Shown: one piece after another, positions 9,476 to 18,349 of the stretch
How the letters are laid out: each line of letters starts with the position of its first letter
Position numbering within the stretch: position 1 is the stretch's first letter
Source of the DNA: a bacterium
Lineage (GTDB): Bacteria > RBG-13-61-14 > DATKZS01
Reading direction: 5' to 3'
Length of the DNA stretch: 64,000 nucleotides
NCBI GenBank assembly: GCA_963674965.2
Contig: CAXXFL010000003.1
Span: 224,001 to 288,000, forward strand
The notes under the pieces: generated by a model
Databases searched by the model: none
What the model was told of the DNA's origin: nothing
The model's input: only the letters and a program-made list of their open reading frames with translations
Program-made: the position numbers and the translations under genes

Positions 9476-10726
9476 TTAGTGTTTGAAGCTTCTTTCCCCC
9501 GTGAATACCATGGTGGCGCCGTACTCGTTCACGGCCTGGATGGACTCGAAGTCCCTCTCGCTGCCGCCGGGCTGGACCACCGCCTTGACGCCCTCCTTAA
9601 GGCCGACCTCGATCCCGTCGCGGAAGGGGAAGAAGGCGTCCGAGATCATGACCGAGTTCTCGATGCCGCCCTTCATCGCCGCCGCCTGGCGCTCGTATTC
9701 CCTCTTCTTCTTTTGGTTCTTCAAGTTGGCAAGGGGCACGCCCTCCGCCTCCCAGCAAAGCCGGTCGGCCAGCTTGCGGTAGGCCTTGTCCCGAGCGATC
9801 TCGGCAACGCCCACCCGGTCCTGCTCGCCCGTTCCTATGCCCACGGTCACGCCGTCCTTGACGTAGATGACCGAGTTCGAGGTCACGCCGGCCTCGACCA
9901 TCCAACCGAAAACCATGTCGCCGAGCTCGCGTTTGGTCGGCTTCCTCTTAACCTTGTAGGTCTCGCCCTTGTACTCGCACCGGGCCGGGATGAAGTCCTC
10001 CGGCCGCCGCGCCCTGGGCGTAAAGGACCACTGTACTATCTGGCCCCCGTCGATCAGGGTCTTGAACTCGGGCACGGGAGCGTTCACGAAGTCGGCCAGT
10101 GCGTCCATGTTCTGGATTTTCATGACCCGAAGGTTCTTCTTGGTGGACAGGACGTCCATGACCCCTTCCTCGTAATCGGGAGCGGCCACGACCTCGGCGT
10201 ACCTTTTCACTATCTCCCTGGCCGTCGCCTTGTCCAGGGCCCGGTTGACGGCGATGGCCCCGCCGAAGGCCGCTATGCGGTCGGCCAGGTCCGCCTTGAC
10301 GTAGGCGCTCCGGAGGGACCGACATCGGGCCACGCCGCAGGGATTGTTGTGCTTCACGATCGCGACGGTCGGCTTGTCCGTAAGATAGCGAAGGACGTTG
10401 AGGGCCGCGTCCACGTCGGTGACGTTTATCTTGCCCGGATGTTTTCCCGACTGGAGGAGCTCGAGGCTCGAGGCCAAGTGCCTGCCGGGCTGAAGGGTCT
10501 TGACCTTCCCGAGGACCAAGTTGCCGTTGACGAGGCGGTAAAGGGCCGCCTGCTGGGTGGGGTTCTCGCCGTACCTTAGCCCCTTCACCTCGCCCCCGAC
10601 GTTCCATCCCGTCTTCTCGTACACCAGGGTCTGTCTGGAATCGCCGCCGATAAAGGATATCTCCATCCTGGGAGGAAAGTCGTCGCCCAGGATCGTCTTG
10701 TACATCTTCTTAAGGTCTTCGCTCAT
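9476..10726 (-). CDS. purH: PurH C-terminal part (AICAR transformylase domain)
   Basis: LRYGENPTQQAA, IVKHNNPCGVA, AFGGAIA, GIGTGEQDRV, SDAFFPFRDG, QPGGSERD, MVFTGERSFKH. Confidence 0.88.
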   Translation of the reverse strand: MSEDLKKMYKTILGDDFPPRMEISFIGGDSRQTLVYEKTGWNVGGEVKGLRYGENPTQQAALYRLVNGNLVLGKVKTLQPGRHLASSLELLQSGKHPGKINVTDVDAALNVLRYLTDKPTVAIVKHNNPCGVARCRSLRSAYVKADLADRIAAFGGAIAVNRALDKATAREIVKRYAEVVAAPDYEEGVMDVLSTKKNLRVMKIQNMDALADFVNAPVPEFKTLIDGGQIVQWSFTPRARRPEDFIPARCEYKGETYKVKRKPTKRELGDMVFGWMVEAGVTSNSVIYVKDGVTVGIGTGEQDRVGVAEIARDKAYRKLADRLCWEAEGVPLANLKNQKKKREYERQAAAMKGGIENSVMISDAFFPFRDGIEVGLKEGVKAVVQPGGSERDFESIQAVNEYGATMVFTGERSFKH

Positions 10727-10741
10727 TTATTGCCGCTCCTT

Positions 10742-11419
10742 TTACCCGATCTCGGGATAGGACTTCCTCGCGCTCGCGAACGACGCGCCCGCCAGATAGT
10801 CGGCGATGGCCCGGTCGTAGGACGCCGTGTGCTCGAAGGCCTTGCCGGCCAGGGAGTACCTCATCTTCAGGGTGGTGGCCCCGCCGTTTTTCTCCAGTTC
10901 CCTGATTATGCCCTTGTAGTCCGACGGGTCCACCACCGAGGCCACGCGAAGATAGTTCTTGGCCGAGGCCCTGATCATGCAAGGTCCCCCGATGTCCACG
11001 TTGGCCCTGGCCTCCTCGACCGTTACGCCTTTCTTCGCGACCGTCTCACGGAATGGATAAAGGTTCACGACCACCATGTCGATGGGAACGGCCCCCGTCC
11101 TTTTCAGGTCCTCCTTGTGGCTCTCGTTGTAGGTCTCGGTGAGAAGGCCGAGGTAAATCTTGAAGTCCAGCGTCTTCACCAGCCCCCCCTGCGTCTCGGG
11201 CTGGCCCGTGTAATCCGAGACCTTGACCAGTCTCGCCGCGGCCGCTTTACCCAGTATCTCCTCCAGCTTTTTATAGGTGCCCCCGGTCGAGATTATCCTC
11301 GCGCCCTTGCAGGCCTTTAAAAGGGCGGGCGCGAAATCCTCGAGTCCGCCTTTATCGGACGCGCTGATAAGGACGTTTCTAACCCTGACCAGGTTGTCAA
11401 TCTTCCCGACAATGTTCAT
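10742..11419 (-). CDS. purH: PurH N-terminal part (IMP cyclohydrolase, MGS-like domain)
   Basis: VLISASDK, ISTGGT, GLVKTL, IDMVVVNLYPF, DIGGPCMIRASAKNY, AFEHTASYDRAI; GGAGGAG SD before ATG 11419. Confidence 0.88.
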   Translation of the reverse strand: MNIVGKIDNLVRVRNVLISASDKGGLEDFAPALLKACKGARIISTGGTYKKLEEILGKAAAARLVKVSDYTGQPETQGGLVKTLDFKIYLGLLTETYNESHKEDLKRTGAVPIDMVVVNLYPFRETVAKKGVTVEEARANVDIGGPCMIRASAKNYLRVASVVDPSDYKGIIRELEKNGGATTLKMRYSLAGKAFEHTASYDRAIADYLAGASFASARKSYPEIG

Positions 11420-11552
11420 GCGCTCCTCCTTTTCCACTTTCATCCGCCCCGGGCGGGACAAGGAACATCATATTCTTAAAACGCGCCTCGATCAATGATC
11501 GCAAGGGGAAGGGAGAAGGCGGCCGGCACAAAGTATCGGGGACCCCTCCCTC

Positions 11553-11580
11553 TTGATATCCCGGAAAAAATCCGTATCAT
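11553..11580 (+). promoter_or_regulatory. Putative sigma70 promoter of tRNA-Glu
   Basis: TTGATA-16 nt-TATCAT about 10 nt upstream of the tRNA. Confidence 0.45.
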
Positions 11581-11589
11581 AATAACAGC

Positions 11590-11667
11590 GTCCCCATCGT
11601 CTAGCCTGGTCCAGGACACCGGGCTTTCAATCCGGCAACACGGGTTCAAATCCCGTTGGGGACGCCA
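11590..11667 (+). tRNA. tRNA-Glu (anticodon UUC)
   Basis: Acceptor stem GTCCCCA/TGGGGAC, discriminator G, encoded CCA; anticodon arm CCGGG-CTTTCAA-TCCGG; T-loop GGTTCAAATCC. Confidence 0.97.
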
Positions 11668-11791
11668 TTTTATTTCAATCCTCTTCAGAAAGCGTCAGGT
11701 CAACCTCCGGACGGTGCGCGTCGGCGCCTGGAAGATTCAAAGGCGCTGCTATAGAGCGCGTCGCCAGAAAGAGGACGGACGCTCGCCTTGA

Positions 11792-12937
11792 CTCCACGCG
11801 CCTTGGTTTACAGCCGCTTATGGCTCTCCTCTTTCCGAGGCTCTCCCCATATTCAGGGACTTTAGAGATAAAGTCCTCAAACGCTTTGGAACGGGACGCG
11901 GGTTCGTGGAATGGTATTATCAAAACGGACCTAAAGGCGCTTCTTATATCGGCTCTCACGAGACCGCCAGGACGGCCACGAGATGGGGTCTTACGGCGGC
12001 TTTGGTACCCGTTAAGGTTATCGTTTATGGCGGCTTCTTCGGCTTTACTTTAATCTTGATATCGGTTGTCGCTTCCATATGGATTTCTCGCGGGTTGGGT
12101 CTTAAATGGAGGCGGGCCGTTTTAGTTGGAATAGGGTTTGCCTTCGTATTCATCTTTGGGTATTCTCTTGTCTTGGACGTGCCCGAGGCCAAGGCGGCTT
12201 ATTACAATGAGCTTGGGACCTATTATTACACGGTCGACCACATAGGGAGGCCCTTCAACATGCGAGACGGTTCTACTGAGCTTGAATGGTGGGAGCACCA
12301 CTACCCCTTCGGCGAGATCATCTCCGGGGTTGGCAGCGTCTCGGCCGGCAAGGGTTCCGAGGAGATCGCCTGGAAGCCCGGCTTCCGCTTCCCAGGTCAG
12401 TACGAGTCAGATGGAATGGGCATCACTTCCACTGGCGGTTCGTTCTTTGTGCAAAACCATTATAGAGAATATATTCCAAGATTGGGGAGGTATAATAGGG
12501 TTGATCCTCTTTATTTTATTAATATCAAGCTCCCAAATAAAGAACACAATGAAAGAACTTATTTATATGCAAAATTAAATCCCACTGCTAATTACGATTT
12601 TTTAGGACTAGCGCCAGAGTGGGCTTGGGGGGCTGCTTATACTATATTTAATAACTGTTATTGTTGTTTTAGATATCATCCTCCATCTGCTTGGACAACT
12701 TATATTTGGAGGGAAACCCCTCCTTTTTCGCTGTATAATACTGACAAATGTGCTAACGAACCTCTGTGTTGTAGTATTAACCCATTTAATTTCCCATGTT
12801 GCTCTTGTGCCTGTGAATTGAGATTTAATGAAATAAAAGATACTGGAGACTTTCATGGATCAAGATGGAGTCCTTCTTATGAAAGCTTATTTTGCAGGGC
12901 TTATGTCGGAGATGATTTAAATGATTTTGAGGAATAA
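11792..12937 (+). CDS. 5'-truncated Rhs-core protein with N-terminal CFI-box-CTERM-like domain, two TM helices and a Cys-rich C-terminal tip
   Basis: Frame is open from 11792: FTAAYGSPLSEALPIFRDFRDKVLKRFGTGRGFVEWYYQNGP; Rhs core YYYTVDHIGRP, HYPFGE, FRFPGQY, NHYREYIPRLGRYNRVDP, YLYAKLNP..DFLGL. Confidence 0.8.
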   Translation, partial: LHAPWFTAAYGSPLSEALPIFRDFRDKVLKRFGTGRGFVEWYYQNGPKGASYIGSHETARTATRWGLTAALVPVKVIVYGGFFGFTLILISVVASIWISRGLGLKWRRAVLVGIGFAFVFIFGYSLVLDVPEAKAAYYNELGTYYYTVDHIGRPFNMRDGSTELEWWEHHYPFGEIISGVGSVSAGKGSEEIAWKPGFRFPGQYESDGMGITSTGGSFFVQNHYREYIPRLGRYNRVDPLYFINIKLPNKEHNERTYLYAKLNPTANYDFLGLAPEWAWGAAYTIFNNCYCCFRYHPPSAWTTYIWRETPPFSLYNTDKCANEPLCCSINPFNFPCCSCACELRFNEIKDTGDFHGSRWSPSYESLFCRAYVGDDLNDFEE

Positions 12938-12941
12938 TAGA

Positions 12942-13337
12942 ATGAAGAAAAAGATTACTATATTATTCATATTAATTATTATTGTTGCAATACTGATATT
13001 TCTATTCCCATATATTTTCTTAAGATTTGATTTTGATGGCGATGGTAATACTGACTTGGTATGGTATACCAATGGAATATCAACAATTAAACTTAAAGAT
13101 TTTGATAGCGATGGCAATTTCGACATCAAGGAATATAATTACCTCTTTAGCTATCAAATAAAGTATTTCCTTGTTCTAAATGATTCTTTTGATAATCTCA
13201 CTATTAATCAGCATTATTCCGATGGCCAAATCTGTAGTATCAAAATGGGAGAGCGATGCCCAAAAAGAAAAGTGAAAGTAAAAAAAACCATATGGAAAAT
13301 TGGTTCCAAAACAATATTTGCAGCAGGTCGGAATTGA
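12942..13337 (+). CDS. Membrane-anchored small protein, candidate immunity protein
   Basis: AT-rich, starts 5 nt after the Rhs stop with a GAGGA SD; N-terminal TM helix; two DxDxDG motifs. Confidence 0.6.
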   Translation: MKKKITILFILIIIVAILIFLFPYIFLRFDFDGDGNTDLVWYTNGISTIKLKDFDSDGNFDIKEYNYLFSYQIKYFLVLNDSFDNLTINQHYSDGQICSIKMGERCPKRKVKVKKTIWKIGSKTIFAAGRN

Positions 13338-13352
13338 TTAAGATACATTAAA

Positions 13353-14294
13353 TCATCTGTCATGCAATTCTTGATAAATTGTATTTATTGCCTCATTAAT
13401 TAATGCTGCAAACATTAATTCTGCCCCACAAACTTTCAAATTAGCCCTTTTATTAACGGCAACCACATACACTTTATCAACTCCAGCATTGAGACACTTC
13501 TCGATGTTCTGCTGGATTTGTTTTCTGGAGTTCTTGCCCGTTTCTATTTCAAAGGCGATCTTTTTTCCATTAAGATAGGCAACCAGGTCAATGGTTTTAT
13601 CCTTGGTTTTCATTTAAACAGGAACCTCTTCTTTTACCTTGGCTCCCTGCTTAATCAAGTCCTTCTTGATCTTATCCTTCCAGTACTCGTGCTCGGCTCC
13701 TGCGTTTGTCTTACGTTCAGGAACTTTCCATCCCTTTACTCGAAGATAACTTCTCCCTTTTTCAGTTAAAGAGAGAATCTTCTTTCTCACGATTCCTTCT
13801 GAAATTTGCTCTTCTGAAATGTATTCCTTGGCCTGGAGTTGTTTCTTGATATCATTCCCGTCGCGATAATTCAGCCCAAGGTTCTTGTAATGCTGAGTTA
13901 CCGAGATAAAAGGGTTATCGAGAATCTCGACTAAAAGGAGGTCCTCTTTGTTTTTCTCCTCAAGATGGGGGGAAAGATTAGCTTTCTTTGAAATCCCCTG
14001 AAAACCGCTCCTTTTAGGGAAGCAAGGCCATTTTACGCTTTTCTTGCTGAAATACGCATCTTCCATGTGCCTCTTAACATCCTTATCAGAGACATGGGCT
14101 TTTATCTTGACAAGAGGAAACTTAACCAGAAAACTATCCGGGAAGTCTCCTTTCATGTTCACGATGGCCTGGCCTATGGGAATCTTTCCAAGATAGTCCC
14201 ATTCATAAGACTTAAGTCCCATGCTAGATCCAAGGACTTGTATGTCTTGTCGATACCTTTGATTCAGGGCTATCAATGTATAGGTGTTTTGCAA
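13353..14294 (-). pseudogene. C-terminal remnant of a probable ATPase-associated winged-helix/PD-(D/E)xK protein, with in-frame TAA at 13614-13616
   Basis: ORFs 14294-13614 and 13613-13353 share one frame: ...SLTEKGRSYL...EHEYWKDKIK...KVKEEVPV*MKTKDKTIDLVA...IAFEIETGK. The N-terminus is cut at a GC-content junction. Confidence 0.6.
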
Positions 14295-14603
14295 TGATCG
14301 AGTACAACTCCCGCTCGACGCGGGCCGAGTTGATTTCCCACATGGTCAGCGCGACTCTGAGGGGCTGGCCCCATACTCTCAAGATCAACGGGATCAAAAT
14401 CCTCGCCAAATTGGACGCGTACAAAGCATCCGATCACTCCTAATGGCTTGACGTCGCGTATTGTTTTCAATATTCCGCGCCGCCTCTTTTCGCGATCCCA
14501 TATTGCCACTATTCTCCGCCGTCATCCCGATCCAACTCTCCGGCTTCGATGGAGCCGGAAGGTTTTGGTAAAACCGGCCGGGCCATCGGTCACTCCCGCG
14601 TGA

Positions 14604-17156
14604 TCATCCCGTCACGAACACGGGAGAGGAGAAGGCCAGGGCGCCGCTTTCGAACTCGATCCGGGCGTAGTAGTAGCTTTTGCTCGATGGTGGCGAGGGG
14701 TCGGTCCAGGCGAGGTCGAGGGTTGTCTCGCCATCGCCGGGCTCTATGTGGACCTCGGCCGAGTCCTTGACCAGGACCGCGGCGCGGATGGGGTCGCTCG
14801 GGTCGTGGTTTCGGGCGTGGACCTCGATCATTGCCGGGCCGCTTATCGAGACGGCCTCACCCATGAAGCGGCCGTTCAGAGAAAGCCTCACGTCGGCCCG
14901 GAGCATCCTGTCGGGCGGCGGCTGGAAGGGCGGATGAGGAGAGACGTTGATATTGTGATAGGACCTTATCCCGCTGTCGATGGCCAGGGACCGCTTGGCG
15001 AACATGGCGTCGAAGATGGCCTTGCGGGACTTTTCCTCGACCCATAACCCGGAGACCACGTAGCCGACTCCGTTGGCCGAGTGGGTGTCCGAGGTACCGT
15101 AGGCCCCGAGTAACAGCCCGTCGTCCAGGCACTCGCGCCAGCACATGTTCCACAGCTTCTTTTCCTCGGGGGTGGCGCTAAGGCGCATGAGCGGGCCCAG
15201 CGTGGCCCAGATGCTTTTCTCGAGGTTCTCGTCGGCGTATTGGGAGAAGTGCAGCTCCGCCGGCACGTGGAGGCTGGTCACGTCGTAGAGCGGCTCGAGG
15301 CCGGGGTCCATTCCCACGAAGTTGTTTCCCATCTCGAACATGTTATGGGCCGTGACCAGCACGCGGCCCTCGGGGGAGAGGGCGAACTTCCGGAGGAACG
15401 GGTACAGCTCCTGGTTGGTGTTGCTCTTGTGTCTTGGCGGATAGGTCAGGGGAAAAGTGGGATTGTCGTCGCCCTCGAACACCACCACCCGGTGCCCCGT
15501 CTTCTGGGAGCTGAACTCGTAGGCCTGGAAGCAAACGAAGTCGTCCGAGTTGAAGAACTTGGGCAGGAAGGCGATATAGGCCTCGATGCCTGGGGTGTTG
15601 GACACGGTGAAGTCGTGGTCGGAGAGGGCGTAGTAATCCAGTCCCACCAGGTCGCGGGCCACGTGGTAATGCCAGTCGGCGGGGTCCACGCCGTCGCTGG
15701 TCCAGCTATGGGAGTGAGTGTCGCCATAGACAAGGGTCAGTCTCATCCCGTCCTTTTCCATGGTTTGCCTGGGCGGGCGCTCCCTTTTGGGCCAGCCCGG
15801 CGCGTCCGAGTCCGGCCCCTCGAAGCCGCTCACCTTGCGGGGGCTCGAGGGCTTCTTGCCCAAACCGATGGGCAGGCAGGGATGCACGTCCGAGGCGAAC
15901 CCGAGCCGCTTGACGTAGAGGCTGTCCCAGATGGCCAGGGCCCGGTTCTTGTCGTCCAGGGTAACGGAATAATCCCAGATGACGTTGAGGGCGTCCTGGA
16001 TTTTGGCGTCCCTTATCTTCCGCCGCTTGGTCCATTTGTCGCCCAGGTAGGTCTGCATGAAGAGGAAGCCGTAGAGCATGGAGTCGGTGTCGCGATAAAA
16101 CAGGTGGACCCGGTTCGAGGAGTCGACCCTTATCTCGGGGTGCATGTTGGTCACGTGGCCGGTGATCCGGCCGTTGTCCGCCGGAACGTCCCCCGGCGAG
16201 TGGGGCCAGAGCCACTTCTCGCCGTCGAAGAACCTGGCGTGTACGACCCTCATCCGGTCGTAGTTGGTAAGGTCCGTCTTGGCCCGGACCCAGGCCAGCC
16301 AGATATTTCCTTCCATGTCCTCGGCCATGGCGACCTCGTTGTCCCACTGGGGGCAGTCGGTCACGCGGTGCTCGAGGGGATGGGCCCCGCTCGAGTCGGC
16401 CATGCGCATGTAGATATCGTACTGGCCGTCCCGGTAGGAGTCCCACCCCACCGCGGCCGCGCCTTGGTGTTTGCCGTCTTTCGCCGTCACGATCACGCGG
16501 GGCCGAAAGTTCATGCCGCCCTTGCTGAGGACCTCGGGTGGCGACCATTCTCCGCCGTTCCAGCCGGCCAGCCGGACGGACCCGTCGGCCCAGTCCTCGT
16601 AGGCGATCCAGACCGCTCCCGTCGCGGGGTCCACGGCCACGTCCGGGTGAAGGGCGGGACGCTCGCCGCCGGCGACCTTCATCGGCCCGGTCCAGGGTTG
16701 GCCGTTGTTTTTTAACGCCGCGAAGACGCTCCATTCCCGCGTCTCGAGGTCCATGGCGCACCAGGCCACGCAAACCTTGCCGCCGGCCGCGCTTATGCGG
16801 GGATCGAGCTTGGCGTGAGGCTGGCCGTTGCTTACGTCATGTTCCTTGCTCAGCCCGCCCACGCCGGGGCGGCCGACCAGGACCCGGTCCCGGGCGTCGG
16901 TTTCCTTGGTGGGACCGAACTCGGTGTCGATCTCGCGCGTTACGACATTGACGTGAAGACGGCTGGTCCAGGTCTTGCCCGTCAAGGGATCGAAGGCTAT
17001 CCTGCCCATCTTCGAGACTTCGCCCGAGGCGACCTCCCCCGCCAGGGCGGGCAGGGCCCGGACGTTGGCCAGGACCATCAGGCCGCCCGAGCCAGCCAGG
17101 CTCGAGTTGATAAAAACCCTGCGCGTAAACCCTTTGCCGTCTTTTTTCCAGGCCAT
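14604..17156 (-). CDS. Tat-exported protein with beta-propeller-like repeats and a PHP-type (DUF3604/CehA-McbA-like) metallohydrolase domain
   Basis: TRRVFI twin-arginine signal; YGDTHSHSWTSDG, ALSDHD, GTSDTHS metal motifs; C-terminal YYYAR...AFSSPVF. Confidence 0.75.
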   Translation of the reverse strand: MAWKKDGKGFTRRVFINSSLAGSGGLMVLANVRALPALAGEVASGEVSKMGRIAFDPLTGKTWTSRLHVNVVTREIDTEFGPTKETDARDRVLVGRPGVGGLSKEHDVSNGQPHAKLDPRISAAGGKVCVAWCAMDLETREWSVFAALKNNGQPWTGPMKVAGGERPALHPDVAVDPATGAVWIAYEDWADGSVRLAGWNGGEWSPPEVLSKGGMNFRPRVIVTAKDGKHQGAAAVGWDSYRDGQYDIYMRMADSSGAHPLEHRVTDCPQWDNEVAMAEDMEGNIWLAWVRAKTDLTNYDRMRVVHARFFDGEKWLWPHSPGDVPADNGRITGHVTNMHPEIRVDSSNRVHLFYRDTDSMLYGFLFMQTYLGDKWTKRRKIRDAKIQDALNVIWDYSVTLDDKNRALAIWDSLYVKRLGFASDVHPCLPIGLGKKPSSPRKVSGFEGPDSDAPGWPKRERPPRQTMEKDGMRLTLVYGDTHSHSWTSDGVDPADWHYHVARDLVGLDYYALSDHDFTVSNTPGIEAYIAFLPKFFNSDDFVCFQAYEFSSQKTGHRVVVFEGDDNPTFPLTYPPRHKSNTNQELYPFLRKFALSPEGRVLVTAHNMFEMGNNFVGMDPGLEPLYDVTSLHVPAELHFSQYADENLEKSIWATLGPLMRLSATPEEKKLWNMCWRECLDDGLLLGAYGTSDTHSANGVGYVVSGLWVEEKSRKAIFDAMFAKRSLAIDSGIRSYHNINVSPHPPFQPPPDRMLRADVRLSLNGRFMGEAVSISGPAMIEVHARNHDPSDPIRAAVLVKDSAEVHIEPGDGETTLDLAWTDPSPPSSKSYYYARIEFESGALAFSSPVFVTG

Positions 17157-17236
17157 GTTGATTGTCCTTTATCGCCGGCCGCGGGGGCAAGTTACAATGC
17201 ATCGCGACGCGGTCCTTCGATAATCCAATATTTATA

Positions 17237-17266
17237 ATGATATTAGGGCCGCGCGTCTTTTGTCAA
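17237..17266 (-). promoter_or_regulatory. Putative sigma70 promoter for the PHP-domain gene
   Basis: Minus strand TTGACA-18 nt-TATCAT. Confidence 0.4.
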
Positions 17267-17472
17267 TAAAGTCGGCCGCGGACGGCCGGACGCGATGCGA
17301 CTCTTTCGTGGCCTTCATGCCGGGGACTCGCGCAATGAAGCGGCGAGGGCATAAGACGCGTTTATATAGATTTAAAAATCGCTTGTGATCTTGGAGCCGC
17401 GATGCTAATAATCATTGTATGGAGGCGCGGCGGGACCCGCTCTCCAAGGTTAATATAAGGAGGTAAACGAGA

Positions 17473-18180
17473 ATGGGCAAACCGAAGGATTCCTGCGTCG
17501 AGCCGGCCAAGGGGCCGATCGCGCCGGAGGAGGAAAAGGCGACGGGGTCGTCTTCAGCGCCAAAGGAGGTGGCAATCATGACGGCTAGAGTTGGGCGCCC
17601 AGCGCCGGATTTCGAGGCCGGCGCCTTTTACAAGGGCGGCTTCAAGAACGTAAAGCTTTCCGATTACAAGGGCAAGTGGATAATACTGTGCTTTTATCCG
17701 GGTGACTTCACCTTTGTATGACCCACCGAGTTGTCGGCGGTCGCCGTCAAATACAAAGAGATCAAGAAGATGGGTTGTGAAGTTTTATCCGTGAGCACCG
17801 ACAGCCGCTTCGTGCACAAGATTTGGCAGGAGGAGGAACTGTCCAAGATGGTGGAGGGGGGAGTTCCTTTTCCCATGCTCTCGGACGCGGGCGGAAGGAT
17901 CGGCAAAGCGTACGGCGTCCACGAGGAGGCTGCGGGGGTGGACATTCGGGGCAGGTTTATCATCGACCCCGATTTCAACGTCAGGGCCATGGAGGTCTTG
18001 ACCCCCGAGGTCGGCCGTAACGTGAGCGAGTTGATCCGACAGGTGCAAGCCTTCCAGCACGTGGCCAAGACCGGCGAGGTGACCCCCTCGGGTTGGACGC
18101 CGGGCAAGAAAACTTTATCACCCGGACCCGACCTGGCCGGCAAGGTGTGGAAAGAATGGAAGCCTGAAGAGGCGTTTTAG
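17473..18180 (+). CDS. prxU: Selenocysteine-containing peroxiredoxin (PrxU/AhpC family), Sec encoded by TGA 17719-17721
   Basis: [19 protein letters not shown]: the TGA sits at the peroxidatic Cys position of the F..DFTFVCPTE motif and the frame continues to TAG 18180. Confidence 0.93.
17731..17750 (+). promoter_or_regulatory. Bacterial SECIS-like hairpin
   Basis: TTG-T-CGGC-GGTC-GCCG-T-CAA stem-loop with a G-led apical loop, starting 10 nt after the Sec TGA. Confidence 0.7.
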
Positions 18181-18205
18181 CTCGTTTACCGACTTTTTAT
18201 TTTCC

Positions 18206-18231
18206 GGGCCGCTCGATCATTCGGGCGGCCC
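18206..18231 (+). terminator. Stem-loop after prxU, probable terminator
   Basis: GGGCCGCTCGA-TCAT-TCGGGCGGCCC; weak U-tract. Confidence 0.5.
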
Positions 18232-18349
18232 ATTCAATTGTCCGGGTCGGACCTCATTTGAAAAAAGTCCTTTTCCGCGCTTGCCAAGCGCTTAAAATAG
18301 TTCATAATAGTTAATCGTCGCGCCCCGATCGGGAGCGTCGCGTAAGATT

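Noticed and set aside
11789-11791. TGA upstream of the CFI-box-like segment as a possible second selenocysteine
   Set aside because: It lies 7 codons before TAAYG whereas the CFI Cys lies 4 before; the upstream frame runs through the tRNA and no convincing SECIS was seen.
14294-14453. Short + strand ORF MIEYNSRSTRAELISH... at the islet's right junction
   Set aside because: About 50 codons, no SD and no recognisable family; may be a gene remnant but cannot be supported.
11640-14600. attL/attR duplication of the tRNA-Glu 3' end bounding the islet
   Set aside because: No second copy of the tRNA 3' sequence was found by eye, and no integrase is present.
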